Shown here: positions 50,651 through 61,902 of the stretch, piece by piece | How positions within the stretch are numbered: the stretch's first letter is position 1 | How the letters are laid out: every line of letters begins with the position of its first letter | NCBI GenBank assembly: GCA_047495785.1 | Contig: JBLDXI010000015.1 | Span: 5,022,001 to 5,086,000 of the forward strand | DNA: 64,000 bases | Reading direction: 5' to 3' | From: Lepidodermella squamata | Taxonomy: Eukaryota > Animalia > Gastrotricha | Program-made: the position numbers and the translations under genes | Notes under the pieces: generated by a model | The model's database searches: none | What the model was told of the DNA's origin: nothing | What the model saw: only the letters and a program-made list of their open reading frames with translations

Positions 50651-51495
50651 ATTACGATTTCTCCTCGCCCTGACGGACTCAAGCTTTCGCCATAAGGCGG
50701 AGCTTGTGAGAAAATCGCGAGCTTACGCTCTAGAAAAGTTTGAACTGGTTTACTAACTACTTGATTGAAATCCCTACCCCTGGTACTCCAGTTATTGCTG
50801 ACTGTTTCTCCAGGGCCCAGGCATTAGTGCCCAGGTGGCTTTTCCACTCACTCAGCGAAGCCTACAAACGCCGTCGTAGCAAGAAAGCTACCAAAAGACT
50901 AGTTGGAGAATTATTTACAAGAGTAGAGATAATTTACAAGAGGTAATTCCACGGAGCTAAAATATAGATAATTTAATGACGGAGCTATAAAAGAAAATAA
51001 AGTATATTACATTTGGTTGAGTATAGGCTTTGAAAAATATAAATAGAAATTTGGAAAACTCATTTAGTTTGGCACGTAGTTGTAGACGAAGGCGGCTTTG
51101 GAGTACGGATTGAACGCGACCTGCGGCTGCAGAGAGGCGTTGAGTTCCCTCTTCTTTCGCTCGCTCTTCACCTTGATGATGGCGTCGTGTTTGGCCTGTT
51201 CGCGTAGGAATTCGAGCGTGGCTTGCCGGCACGCCTTTGTGGAAGCGGACAGCCTGATCTTCGCTGGCAGCTGGTTCCACCACTGGATGGCCTTGGTTGG
51301 GAACGAGCGCTGGCCTGTGGCGAGCTTGCACGATGGTTTGACGTACTTCCCGGTGGCGGCGCCTCGAGTGTTGTGGTCATGCTGTTGGTTCATCGGCTTG
51401 ACTAGCGACGAGAGTGCCTCGGGGGTCTCAGGATCCCTGCTGCACTTCCACGCCGAGAACGTCGAGCTGCTTTCAAGGAAACCCGTGGCGCCCCT
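50598..51495 (-). mobile_element. 5'-truncated non-LTR retrotransposon (L2/Crack/CR1 group): ORF2 C-terminus, 3' UTR and hexamer tail
   Basis: The peptide H.HNTRGA...P......QRSF...AI.WWNQLP..IR matches the post-RT C-terminal motif of CR1/L2-group LINEs. Stop at 51064, ~410-nt 3' UTR, ending in (TCCTGA)n. Confidence 0.8.
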
Positions 51496-51957
51496 GTTTT
51501 GAAAATTTCCCGCGTAAATTATGAATTTTGTATCGATTTCTTTTAATTCATTAATTTTAATATGTTTGACATCAAAATATATTTGTTGCACTGATGATCA
51601 ATTGAGATGAAGCGCCCGCGTGAACATCCAAGTCTTGAGTCTGAGTCGGTGAGGAACTTGGTTCTGAAAGGTTGCGCTGCTCTCCAGGGTGGCTGACGGC
51701 ACTCTTGGTTACCGCTGCGTGCTGCATCCGTTAAAGTCCGGATCAATGTTTAAATGCTGTTGCCGCTGTCATCTCGGACCGAGTCCACCTTTCTCTATAT
51801 TTATCACCCATTTTCAACGGTTTCAACTATTTGCACTATCATGTCATTTCTTATTTCGTGAATTAATTGGTTTAGTAGAAGAAAAGATACGAGAAAGCTA
51901 AACGCTAAATGACCAACCTTCATAAATTGCATAGGGTAACGATTATTTCATATTAAA

Positions 51958-53316
<1,359 letters not shown>

Positions 53317-53541
53317 ATTCTAACTGACGAATCAAGGATTTGATTTAAATATGATTAAATAGCCATCCCCGTGACAACTTGTTGTGGTCTTTTAGCAAGG
53401 CTTGCGTTGATATTACTGATTTAGATTTGCACTTCGGAAAATGAGATCTGTATTTATTTTTTGACCCTAGATCATCTCAATGAATGAGTGATTCAATATC
53501 AAAAATATTTTTATTTTAATTAGGTTTGACATTAAATAAAA

Positions 53542-54045
53542 ATGGTCAACACCAAGGGTTACCGCCGCGGCACCCGGTCGATGTTCGCCCGCGACTTCCG
53601 TCGCCATGGCCCCCTCGCCCTATCAACCTACATGCGCGTCTACAAGTTCGGCGATCTCGTTGACATCAAGGGCAACGGTTCCATCCAGAAGGGCATGCCT
53701 CACAAGGTCTACCACGGCCGAACTGGTCGCGTCTTCAACGTCACTAAGCACGCTGTTGGCGTTCTTGTGAATAAGCGCGTTCGCGGTCGCATTATGCAGA
53801 AGCGTATCTGCGTTCGCATCGAGCACGTCAAGCCCTCCCGTTCTCGCGAACAGCATCTGAAGCGCGTTCACGATAACGAGCAGAAGAAACGCGAAGCTGC
53901 CGCGGCCCTCAAGGCGGACAAGACCAAGAAGGTTACCTTGACTCTGAAGCGCCAGCCTGTCGGACCTCGCAAGGCTCACTTCGTTAAAGCCAGCAAGCAC
54001 AAGCCCGTGGAGCTCACGCCTGTTTCGATGGAGAAGGTGCTGTAA
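53542..54045 (+). CDS. RPL21: 60S ribosomal protein L21 (eL21)
   Basis: [49 protein letters not shown] and LKRQP. Strongly biased codon usage. Confidence 0.98.
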   Translation: MVNTKGYRRGTRSMFARDFRRHGPLALSTYMRVYKFGDLVDIKGNGSIQKGMPHKVYHGRTGRVFNVTKHAVGVLVNKRVRGRIMQKRICVRIEHVKPSRSREQHLKRVHDNEQKKREAAAALKADKTKKVTLTLKRQPVGPRKAHFVKASKHKPVELTPVSMEKVL

Positions 54046-54186
54046 ATGGTTGCTTTAGATTGATTTAATTATCATCAGTGTTGAGTGAGAAGTGGTCACA
54101 AACAGAAGAAAATTTAAATAAAAGAATAGATATCCAGCTGCATTTCGCTTTATTTTGAAATTGTGTAATAGACCATTAGCCATAAC

Positions 54187-54657
54187 ATGGTGACTTTTGG
54201 CAAATCGATAGCAAGCGAATTTTTGCTGGAAGAAGGAGCAGTATTTTGCAACCATGGCTCATACGGCGCCGTTCCGAAATCTGTTTTCAGCCAGTTGGCG
54301 AAGTGAGACATTCTAAGTTGAAATAATCGGCAACTAAATGACCTTCAACTAGATATAATTAGAAAGGAATCCAGACCTATGGATGCGCCGAACAAGCATT
54401 GATTTATGGTTGAAAAACAGGCAAGCCTTGGCTCCGATGTTCAACACAAGCTCCGCGAACCTGGCCTTTGTGGCGAATACAAAGAGCGGTAAATATGAAT
54501 GAATTGAACTTCAGACAGAATAACCAACTTGAATTGTTAGCCGCGAACGCCGTTCTGTCGAGCATTATTTGGCATCCAGGCGATGTCATAATGATTCATA
54601 ATTTCACGTATGGAGCTGTTAAACAAGCTTCCAAAGATACTGTTTTACGTCATCCAG
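54187..54657 (+). pseudogene. Partial tandem duplicate (exons 1-3) of the PLP C-S lyase gene, frameshifted
   Basis: Collinear with 56288-56766, including both introns. Exon 2 lacks 7 nt (TATAATTAGAAAGG vs TATAATGAGGAAACTGAACGG), which gives an immediate TAG. Similarity stops at the third donor site. Confidence 0.75.
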
Positions 54658-55475
54658 GTAAAAATAGTTACAAAATTTTCGACAGTACCGAGGGGTGTTA
54701 ATTCTGTTAATTCTGAAATTTATGAAATTTACATAAAAGGTGTGTTAGATTATTCCTGAGCAAACTCCTGGCTTCGCTGATTTTACGATTTTTGCTTGAT
54801 TTTTGGCGATCGAAAACATTTTTGCATCAAGTCTGAAAACTAGTGAATAATTCACGCACTCATTTGCATAAGGAATGGAATTGTGAGTTTTCAGTTTTAT
54901 CGACCCTTGCGGCAAGCACGTCAGAAAATTTCCGCAAAAACTTACTTTTCGAAACACCAAATTGTTACTTGCAAGGTGACAGCGAATTTTTTCGGGTCAT
55001 CCTAGTAACCTAGTAACCCATTTGAACTAGTGACCTAGTCCAAAATAATTCCAAATTATGTTCGTAAAAACGGAGGACGACATATTCAGTGGACTTTTCT
55101 TGATGCCAAGTTCTCAAAATCCAATATTAATCGGTAATTAACGTTTTGAAACACTTCAAATGTCATCGAATAATAGTCATCGAGATCTTTCTTCACTGTC
55201 ACAGTATGTTTATCCAAACTCTGCTTCAGATGACTCTTCAGATATAACCCGAATGTTTATTCATTTTTTTGTATCGTGGTATGACGCACTGTCCTGACCT
55301 GGTGCAAAAACGACAATCTTCGAACCACCGCCTCTTTCTCGTGCTGCTCGTGGACTAGGTTGGACTGAACCAGCCTGCGGTATTGTTCTCTGGCCAGGAC
55401 GCCAGCCCGCCCGCTGAGTTGCTGTTTTTCACCAAGTTCTACATCATTACATCTAGGCTCTCTCTTGAACTCAGT

Positions 55476-55934
55476 TACCGTATTTTACGAATTATAAGAC
55501 CCTGCCCTGTATTTTTTTACACGACGTTCAAGCCCTGCCCTGTATTTAAGGTCTGCCATTTTTATTTCGGCTCTGCCCTTTAATTTTTCGAACCTAATCA
55601 GTCACCTGAAGAGTACCTAGATCAACAGCTAAAACCGCCGAATAATCACTATAGCTACTGCCTTCCACCTGTGACTACACGCGTGAAGTGTTTGCTCAAG
55701 TGGATTAAGGTGGATAAAGGACGATTAGTGCACTTACTGACGAAAAATTGCAACCTATCCGACTTTAACCACTTACCCAGCAGGCGCTCATGTAAGCCAC
55801 TTCATAGAAGGCCCTGCCTATTAATACGGTTCTGCCCTTTATTATTTCAATTGAGCATTACCCTCTGCCCTTTATTCCGGTTTTGCCCTATATTTGGGTC
55901 TTGCCTCTTGCCTAATAATTCGTAAAATACGGTA
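55476..55934. mobile_element. Tc1/mariner-type MITE (455 bp plus TA TSD)
   Basis: Perfect 20-bp inverted ends taccgtattttacgaattat and ataattcgtaaaatacggta, including the TA duplication. Subterminal ctgccctgtattt/ctgccctttatt repeats. No ORF. Confidence 0.9.
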
Positions 55935-56287
55935 TGTTGGGGCCGTCAGGCAAGCGATCTCGGACTCCGCTGCTCCAAATTCAGAAGACCAGATTGATAG
56001 GCTTCTTTCTGGTACTAGCTGCCTGTAAAATAAGAGCCAGCTCTATCGGTTGATCGGCGATTTCCAGTTTGATCTCAGAGAAAGAATCACTGAATTTATT
56101 TGCGGAAAATACTGAATTAGGATTAACCTTATAAGCACGCTTTGGCGATTTTGCAAAAAATCTTTTTTGAATTTTTGGCTGATGTTGAGCAGTTCGGCCA
56201 ATTCCTTCATCGAACCACTCGTTCTAACTGGTCTGAAATTGATTTTTGTGCTATTTTGCAATTGTGTAATAGACCATTAGCCATAAC

Positions 56288-57713
56288 ATGGTGACTTTTG
56301 GCAAATCGATAGCTAGCGAATTTTTGCTGGAAGAAGGCGCAGTATTTTGCAATCATGGCTCATACGGCGCCGTTCCGAAATCTGTTTTCAGCCAGTTGGC
56401 GAAGTGAGAAATTCAACGTTGAAGTAATCGGTAACTAAATGACCTTCACCTAGATATAATGAGGAAACTGAACGGAATCCAGATTTGTGGATGCGCCGGA
56501 CAAGCATTGCTTTATGGCTGAAAAACAGGCAAGCCTTGGCTCCGATGTTCAACACAAGTCCTTCGAACCTGGCCTTTGTGCCGAATACCACGAGCGGTAA
56601 ATATGAATGAATTGAACTTCAGGCAGAATAACCAATTTGAATTGCTAGGCGCGAACGCTGTTCTGTCGAGCATTATTTGGCAACCAGGCGATGTAATCAT
56701 GGTTCATAATATGACGTATCCAGCTGTACGACAAGCTTGCAATGATACCGCCATACGTCATCCAGGTATAGTTTCGAAGATCTCTCAAGATCGCTTTGCT
56801 ACCATTCTTATTAAGGCGTCGAAGTCAGTGAGATGGAAATTCCATATCCGGTCGAGAGCGAAACACAGCTGATCAATGCATTTGCTTCTCACGCCGATAA
56901 CATTTTAAAGGCTGGCAAGATTCCGAAGCTTGCTATAGTTGACGCTATCACTAGCATGCCTGCTATTCGATTTCCTTTTGAAAAAATTGTCAAAGCCCTG
57001 AAAGATCGAGGCGTGCAAGTTTTTGTGGATGGGGCTCATTCCCCGGGTCAAATCATTGATCTTAATTTCGACGCCCTTGGTGCGGACTATTATGCTGGAA
57101 ATATTCATAAGTGGCTCTTCGGACCAAAAGGAACGGCAATTTTCTACGTTGCGCCGGAACATCAGTCTTCCATTCGAAGTCCGGTCGTGTCTCTTAACTT
57201 CAGTGCTGCTTTTCCGAAGGAGTTCCCGGATCCACTAAGTGGTAAATTTTATTGGCAGGGAACGAATTTGAACACTGCTGTTTGCTGTATCACTGACGTC
57301 TTGAAGTTTGTTGACAGGATTGGTGGCTTGGTTAGTTTTGCTATTTGACTTGAAGCCTGCTGATTGTATTTTAATTACCTAATATTTAGAGCACCATGCA
57401 TGATTACAACAAAACGATGGTGCGAAAAGGCTTGGAGATAGTCCTAGCTGAAGTCGAAGGTTCAAATTCGTTCTCGCTACCCGAAAGCTGCATGGCCCCG
57501 TACATGGCGAATTTCTTTGCTCCTAAAACGCTGCAGCCTAAAACCGAAAAGGATATGATAGTTGAGATGTATGACGAAGAAAGGGTTTGGGTTGCTTTCG
57601 GCCGAGACCGTTGTGACCGAATTTACTTGCGCCTGAGTGGTCAGATTTACAACTCAGAGGACGATTATTATAAACTTGCAAAGGCTGTCAACCGGTTTTC
57701 ATCCCGAGTGTGA
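56288..57713 (+). CDS. PLP-dependent aminotransferase class V enzyme, Egt2 / L-cysteine desulfhydrase / isopenicillin N epimerase-like C-S lyase
   Basis: FG...EFLL...FCNHGSYGAVP, AFVPNTTSG.NAVL, VDAITS.P, VDGAHSPGQ, YAGNIHKWLFGPKG (PLP lysine), FYWQGT and YLRLSGQIYN. Four GT-AG introns give a continuous frame. Confidence 0.9.
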
Positions 57714-57854
57714 AGTGATGTATCTTCGCTAATAACTAATAACCAAATGAGAGTTACCTTGTTTTTGATTGAATTTATTTTGAATCATTGATTTCGTGAT
57801 TTATTTATGAATTTTGTTGCAAATTTTAATCCCCCGTGCTGTTTTTCATTGTAG

Positions 57855-58562
57855 ATGGAAAATTATAAAAAGGCTGTAATTCGTGAGCTGGAAACTCACC
57901 TACCTCTTCCCGACTCTATCAAAACCGAGAATGGCGGAAATGCAGTGACTATCAGCGTGAAAACCGGCACAAAAATGCGAAATGTTCTTTCATTCGGGTT
58001 TAAACAGTTGGAAAAGCCTGAAATACGGCATGTTGTTTGGCTGGGAGAGGCTGAAGCTATCGGCAAAACGGTTAGTTGCGCCGAAATCATGAAGCGGGGC
58101 CAGGCTCCAGCCGAGGAAGAGCCACCTAGTAAGAGCTCTGCGAAAAAGAAGAGCATGAGTGCAAATTCAAGTCTAGTCGAACCCTCGAAGAATGGAGCTA
58201 AAAAATCAAATATCGCACTGTCTCAAATGAACGTTTTAGGCTATCGCCGAACCGAAGAGATCTGGGAACCAGTTGTTCAGGGTCTGGATAAGCTCAAAGT
58301 GAACAAGGATGTGCCCATTTTGGCCATCATTCTATCGAAAGATCCACCTCAAACGAAAGACATACCGGCGAATGGAGTCGCTGTGACTGCGATTCAGCAG
58401 CAGCAACCGACGATCAATGCTGATTTCGATGTATTTTGGCATACTAGGATCAACACGGCATTAAGTGGTGCGGGTACCACGACATCTTCTGCTCCCATGG
58501 AAATCAAGTCGAGGCAGCAGGCGCCTTCTATCGGTCTATCCGGAAGAACACCTCCTTTTTGA
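57855..58562 (+). CDS. Ribonuclease P/MRP subunit p25-like (Alba domain)
   Basis: MENYKK start, VKTGTKMRNVL, HVVW.G...AIGKTVSCAEIMKR and EEIWEP...GLD.LKV..DVP..AIILSKDP match RPP25/RPP25L. Confidence 0.9.
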   Translation: MENYKKAVIRELETHLPLPDSIKTENGGNAVTISVKTGTKMRNVLSFGFKQLEKPEIRHVVWLGEAEAIGKTVSCAEIMKRGQAPAEEEPPSKSSAKKKSMSANSSLVEPSKNGAKKSNIALSQMNVLGYRRTEEIWEPVVQGLDKLKVNKDVPILAIILSKDPPQTKDIPANGVAVTAIQQQQPTINADFDVFWHTRINTALSGAGTTTSSAPMEIKSRQQAPSIGLSGRTPPF

Positions 58563-59108
58563 GGACTTGGTGGTTTTTTAATGTCCTGATGTTTATTATA
58601 TATACATTTCTGAGAATAAAATTGCTCATCGGTAGAATGAAAATTGCCATTTTTGATTTCCGTTTGCTGAACTGTTTTACGACTACCATAGCGAGGTGAA
58701 ATTTTGGACAGACCAGACAACTTTATATACATAGAATGGAGATCACCGTGGAATATTCGTAGCAATTAAGGATGATGGAAACCAAATGTCTTTGATCGCT
58801 TTCAACAACGAAATCAGCAAAAACTTAAGAATTCCAGATTCCAGCCATTTTAGAAAAAGGAACTTCCAACTTCCAAGGCTTATCCAGAACGCAAACATTT
58901 GGGCTGTAGACGTGATTGCACCGATGTCGGTTCAAAAAATCGAACAAATGGAATTTATTCTATAAGTAACTGCCACCTCTTGCAGGCGTTATTCTAGCCG
59001 ATGGGTTTGTTTTGCCAGCAAAATCGTGGGGTTTCCGATTTTGCGAATTTGAGTTTCATCCTGCTTTTAGGCAGCTGCCGCTGCGTAGAGGGCTTTCTTA
59101 GCATTTTT

Positions 59109-59327
59109 TATCAGTGGTGGAGCATGGAGCAACCATTCGATATTGGAGGACAAACTACTCCCTAGTTCGCTGTTGCTTGGCCAAGTAAAAACCTCACTTA
59201 GCCGAGCCTTGACGTTTGTTCGGCGTCAAGTCGCTTTTTGGACTTACCCGGCTGGCCACTTGTCCGAAAACCTCCGTCGGCACGACGTAAATCCTAGCCA
59301 ACGCCTGGCGTTAGGTTCCCACTGATA
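59109..59327. repeat. ~215-bp segment bounded by 9-bp inverted repeats, with internal hairpins (possible small MITE)
   Basis: tatcagtgg (59109-59117) and ccactgata (59319-59327). Internal stems cttgacg/cgtcaag and aacgcc/ggcgtt. Confidence 0.3.
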
Positions 59328-59671
59328 TAACGCCTAACAATGGCTCAAAAATGAAGAGGCAGTTTTATATCGCCTCGTTAACGCTTGATAAATGCCTGGT
59401 TTAACGGCTGTACTCTGGATGACTGACAAGTTGCAAATCCGCTACAACAAGAACAACAATTGTGGAAAAGAATCAAGTTTTATTTACTTTTTTGAATCAG
59501 TAGGCGTTGTCGCAAAAACCTGGAGCACAAAATAAGCACTGGAATTTTCGAAGTTTCAAAAACTTGATTATTTTAGAAGCAATCAAAATAACTTGATAGT
59601 TGCAAGCAATTGCTGCAAATACTTATAGCCACGTCAATAGATTAGTCAGTCTCTTAACTGAAATTGGTTAT

Positions 59672-61418
59672 TCAAAGGTGGCCGGCCTTAGCCCTGATCT
59701 GCTGACGCCACTGTGCCAGAACCTCTTCAATGCCTTTGCCGTAATCAGGATGACATTTGCTGAACTCCGCGACTGCTCGCTTTTGAATAAACTCCTGCGC
59801 GTCCTTAAGGTGGTTGCCAATATTTTGCACCAATCGCTTTCGCTCTTCCGGCTTCAGCACCTTAGTCCAAAATGCGCCGACCTGCGAGTAGTTATCTTCA
59901 TCGCCAGTTTCGTAGCGCGCAACGTCGCCCGTCGTCGTGAAGCGATGTTCCGTAAACCGGGCAGGGTCGTGATTAGGACCAGAAAATGAATTCGGAAAAT
60001 AATTCGGCGCTCCGCCTTGGTTATCGGTGACACAAGCCGGTCCATCGCGTTGATAATTGCGGACCGGGCATGCGAACGGCTTGTTGACCGGGATTTGTTG
60101 GTAGTTAGTACCCAAGCGGTGGCGATGGGTGTCCGAGTAGGAATACAGACGACCTTGAAGCATCTTGTCCGGTGAGGCCTCAATGCCAGGCACCTGTGAA
60201 AACGAAAAATTGCGAAAACCTTTTTCACGACTCACTCGCCACCTACCAAGTGCGCAGGGCTAAACGCGATTTGCTCCACTTCAGCGAAATAATTCGCAGG
60301 GTTGCGATTCAAAACCAGCTGCCCAACAGGGATCAGAGGGAATTGCGAATGTGGCCAAACCTTGGTCAAATCAAACGGGTTCCAGGGCAGCTTTTCAGCC
60401 TCAGCGAAAGTCATAATTTGGATAAAGCACGACCATGATGGGTGATTTTCGCCGGCAATTGCGTTGAACAAATCCCGAATACCGTAGTCGGGATCTTTCA
60501 TCGCCGTCTCAGCAGCTTCCTTCGCATGCAAGCACTTGATACCTTGGTTGGTCTGAAAATCGGTGTGAAAGTTACGGACCTTCTTATGTCCTATCAATCA
60601 AACCTATACCTTGAAATGAAACTTGGTATAAAAAGCCTGGCCGTTAGCATTGACCAACTTGAAAGTGTGGGAGCCGTAGCCATTCATGTGCCGGTATCCA
60701 TCGGGAACACCGCGGTCGGAGAACAAAAAGGAGACCTGGTGCAAGCTTTCAGGTCTCAGCGTAATGAAATCCCAAAACATGTCAGCGTCTTTCAAATGCG
60801 TCACAGGATTTCGCTTTTGAGTGTGGATAAAGCTGGGGAAGAACATAGGATCGCGGATGAAGAAAATGGGCTGAAATAGGAATCATAAGATGGCATTGAC
60901 AGCAAGTATTCTCAACCTACCGTGTTGTTTCCAACCAAATCCCAATTTCCTTCTTCGGTGTAAAACTTCATGGCAAAACCTCGCGGATCAAACACGGTGT
61001 CAGCTGAACCACTTTCACCTCCAACCGTTGAAAAGCGAACAGCCACGGGGGTGCGCTTGCCGACGCGATTGAATATATTCGCCTTGCAGTACTTCGAGAT
61101 GTCATGAGTCACTTCAAAGTAGCCGAATGCGCCAGCACCTTTAGCATGAACCACTCGCTCAGGAATCCGCTCGCGTCCGAAATGGGACATTTCATCCTGG
61201 CAAAAAACACAGTATTTCGAAGATTATTTGACGTTCAATTAACTCACCACAAATACGAAATCTTGCATCAATAGGGGCCCACGGGGCCCGGCGGTTTGTA
61301 TGGCCAACTTATTGCCTATGGGGGCACCATTCGCTGTCGTCAACAGTTCACCCGGAGCATTCTTCTTCGAATCTTTGTGCTCCTTCAACTGATCAGCGGC
61401 CTTGTCACGCTGGGCCAT
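59672..61418 (-). CDS. CAT: Catalase (monofunctional heme catalase)
   Basis: [54 protein letters not shown] and [18 protein letters not shown] (proximal heme motif). Four GT-AG introns. Confidence 0.98.
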
Positions 61419-61902
61419 TGCTCTCGCAGTAAATCAACGATTAAATTCTAAATTTGAAATTCAGATGTAACATAAAATGTGTTCCGAGTTTAATAAGACA
61501 AGGACACGATAAAAATAATCGATTATCAAGCGCGGGCACTTCCTTTAAAGCTTCTTCTTTTGAGTTCACAACGTGACGCACTGACATTTTTTCTCGAAAA
61601 TCAAGGCTGGCACTTGAAAGATTTGGTTATAAATTACTAGACATACAACAAGCTTCTCTGATCGTCTAAACAGTTTTAACAAATCATTGACGCATAAATC
61701 GAGCAAGCATAATTTTGAGCGCCTCAGTAGACGCGAATAGTGGGAAGCAGAAAAATAATATCGCACCGAAATCGAATATTGGCGTAAATTGAAAGAGCTG
61801 ACTATAATCGGGTTGAAACTGGGAACTACCCTGGTTTATAACACTCATCACATTTAAGGGATACAAAAATCATCACATAATACTACGCAGCCGGCCGTCA
61901 AA

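Noticed and set aside
51064-51591. 175-aa ORF as a host gene
   Set aside because: The N-terminal part is AT-rich flank. The remainder matches a LINE ORF2 C-terminus followed by a 3' UTR and tandem tail.
61419-61902. Rictor-catalase as another operon
   Set aside because: Same strand, but the 484-nt spacer is large enough for an independent promoter. No discriminating evidence.
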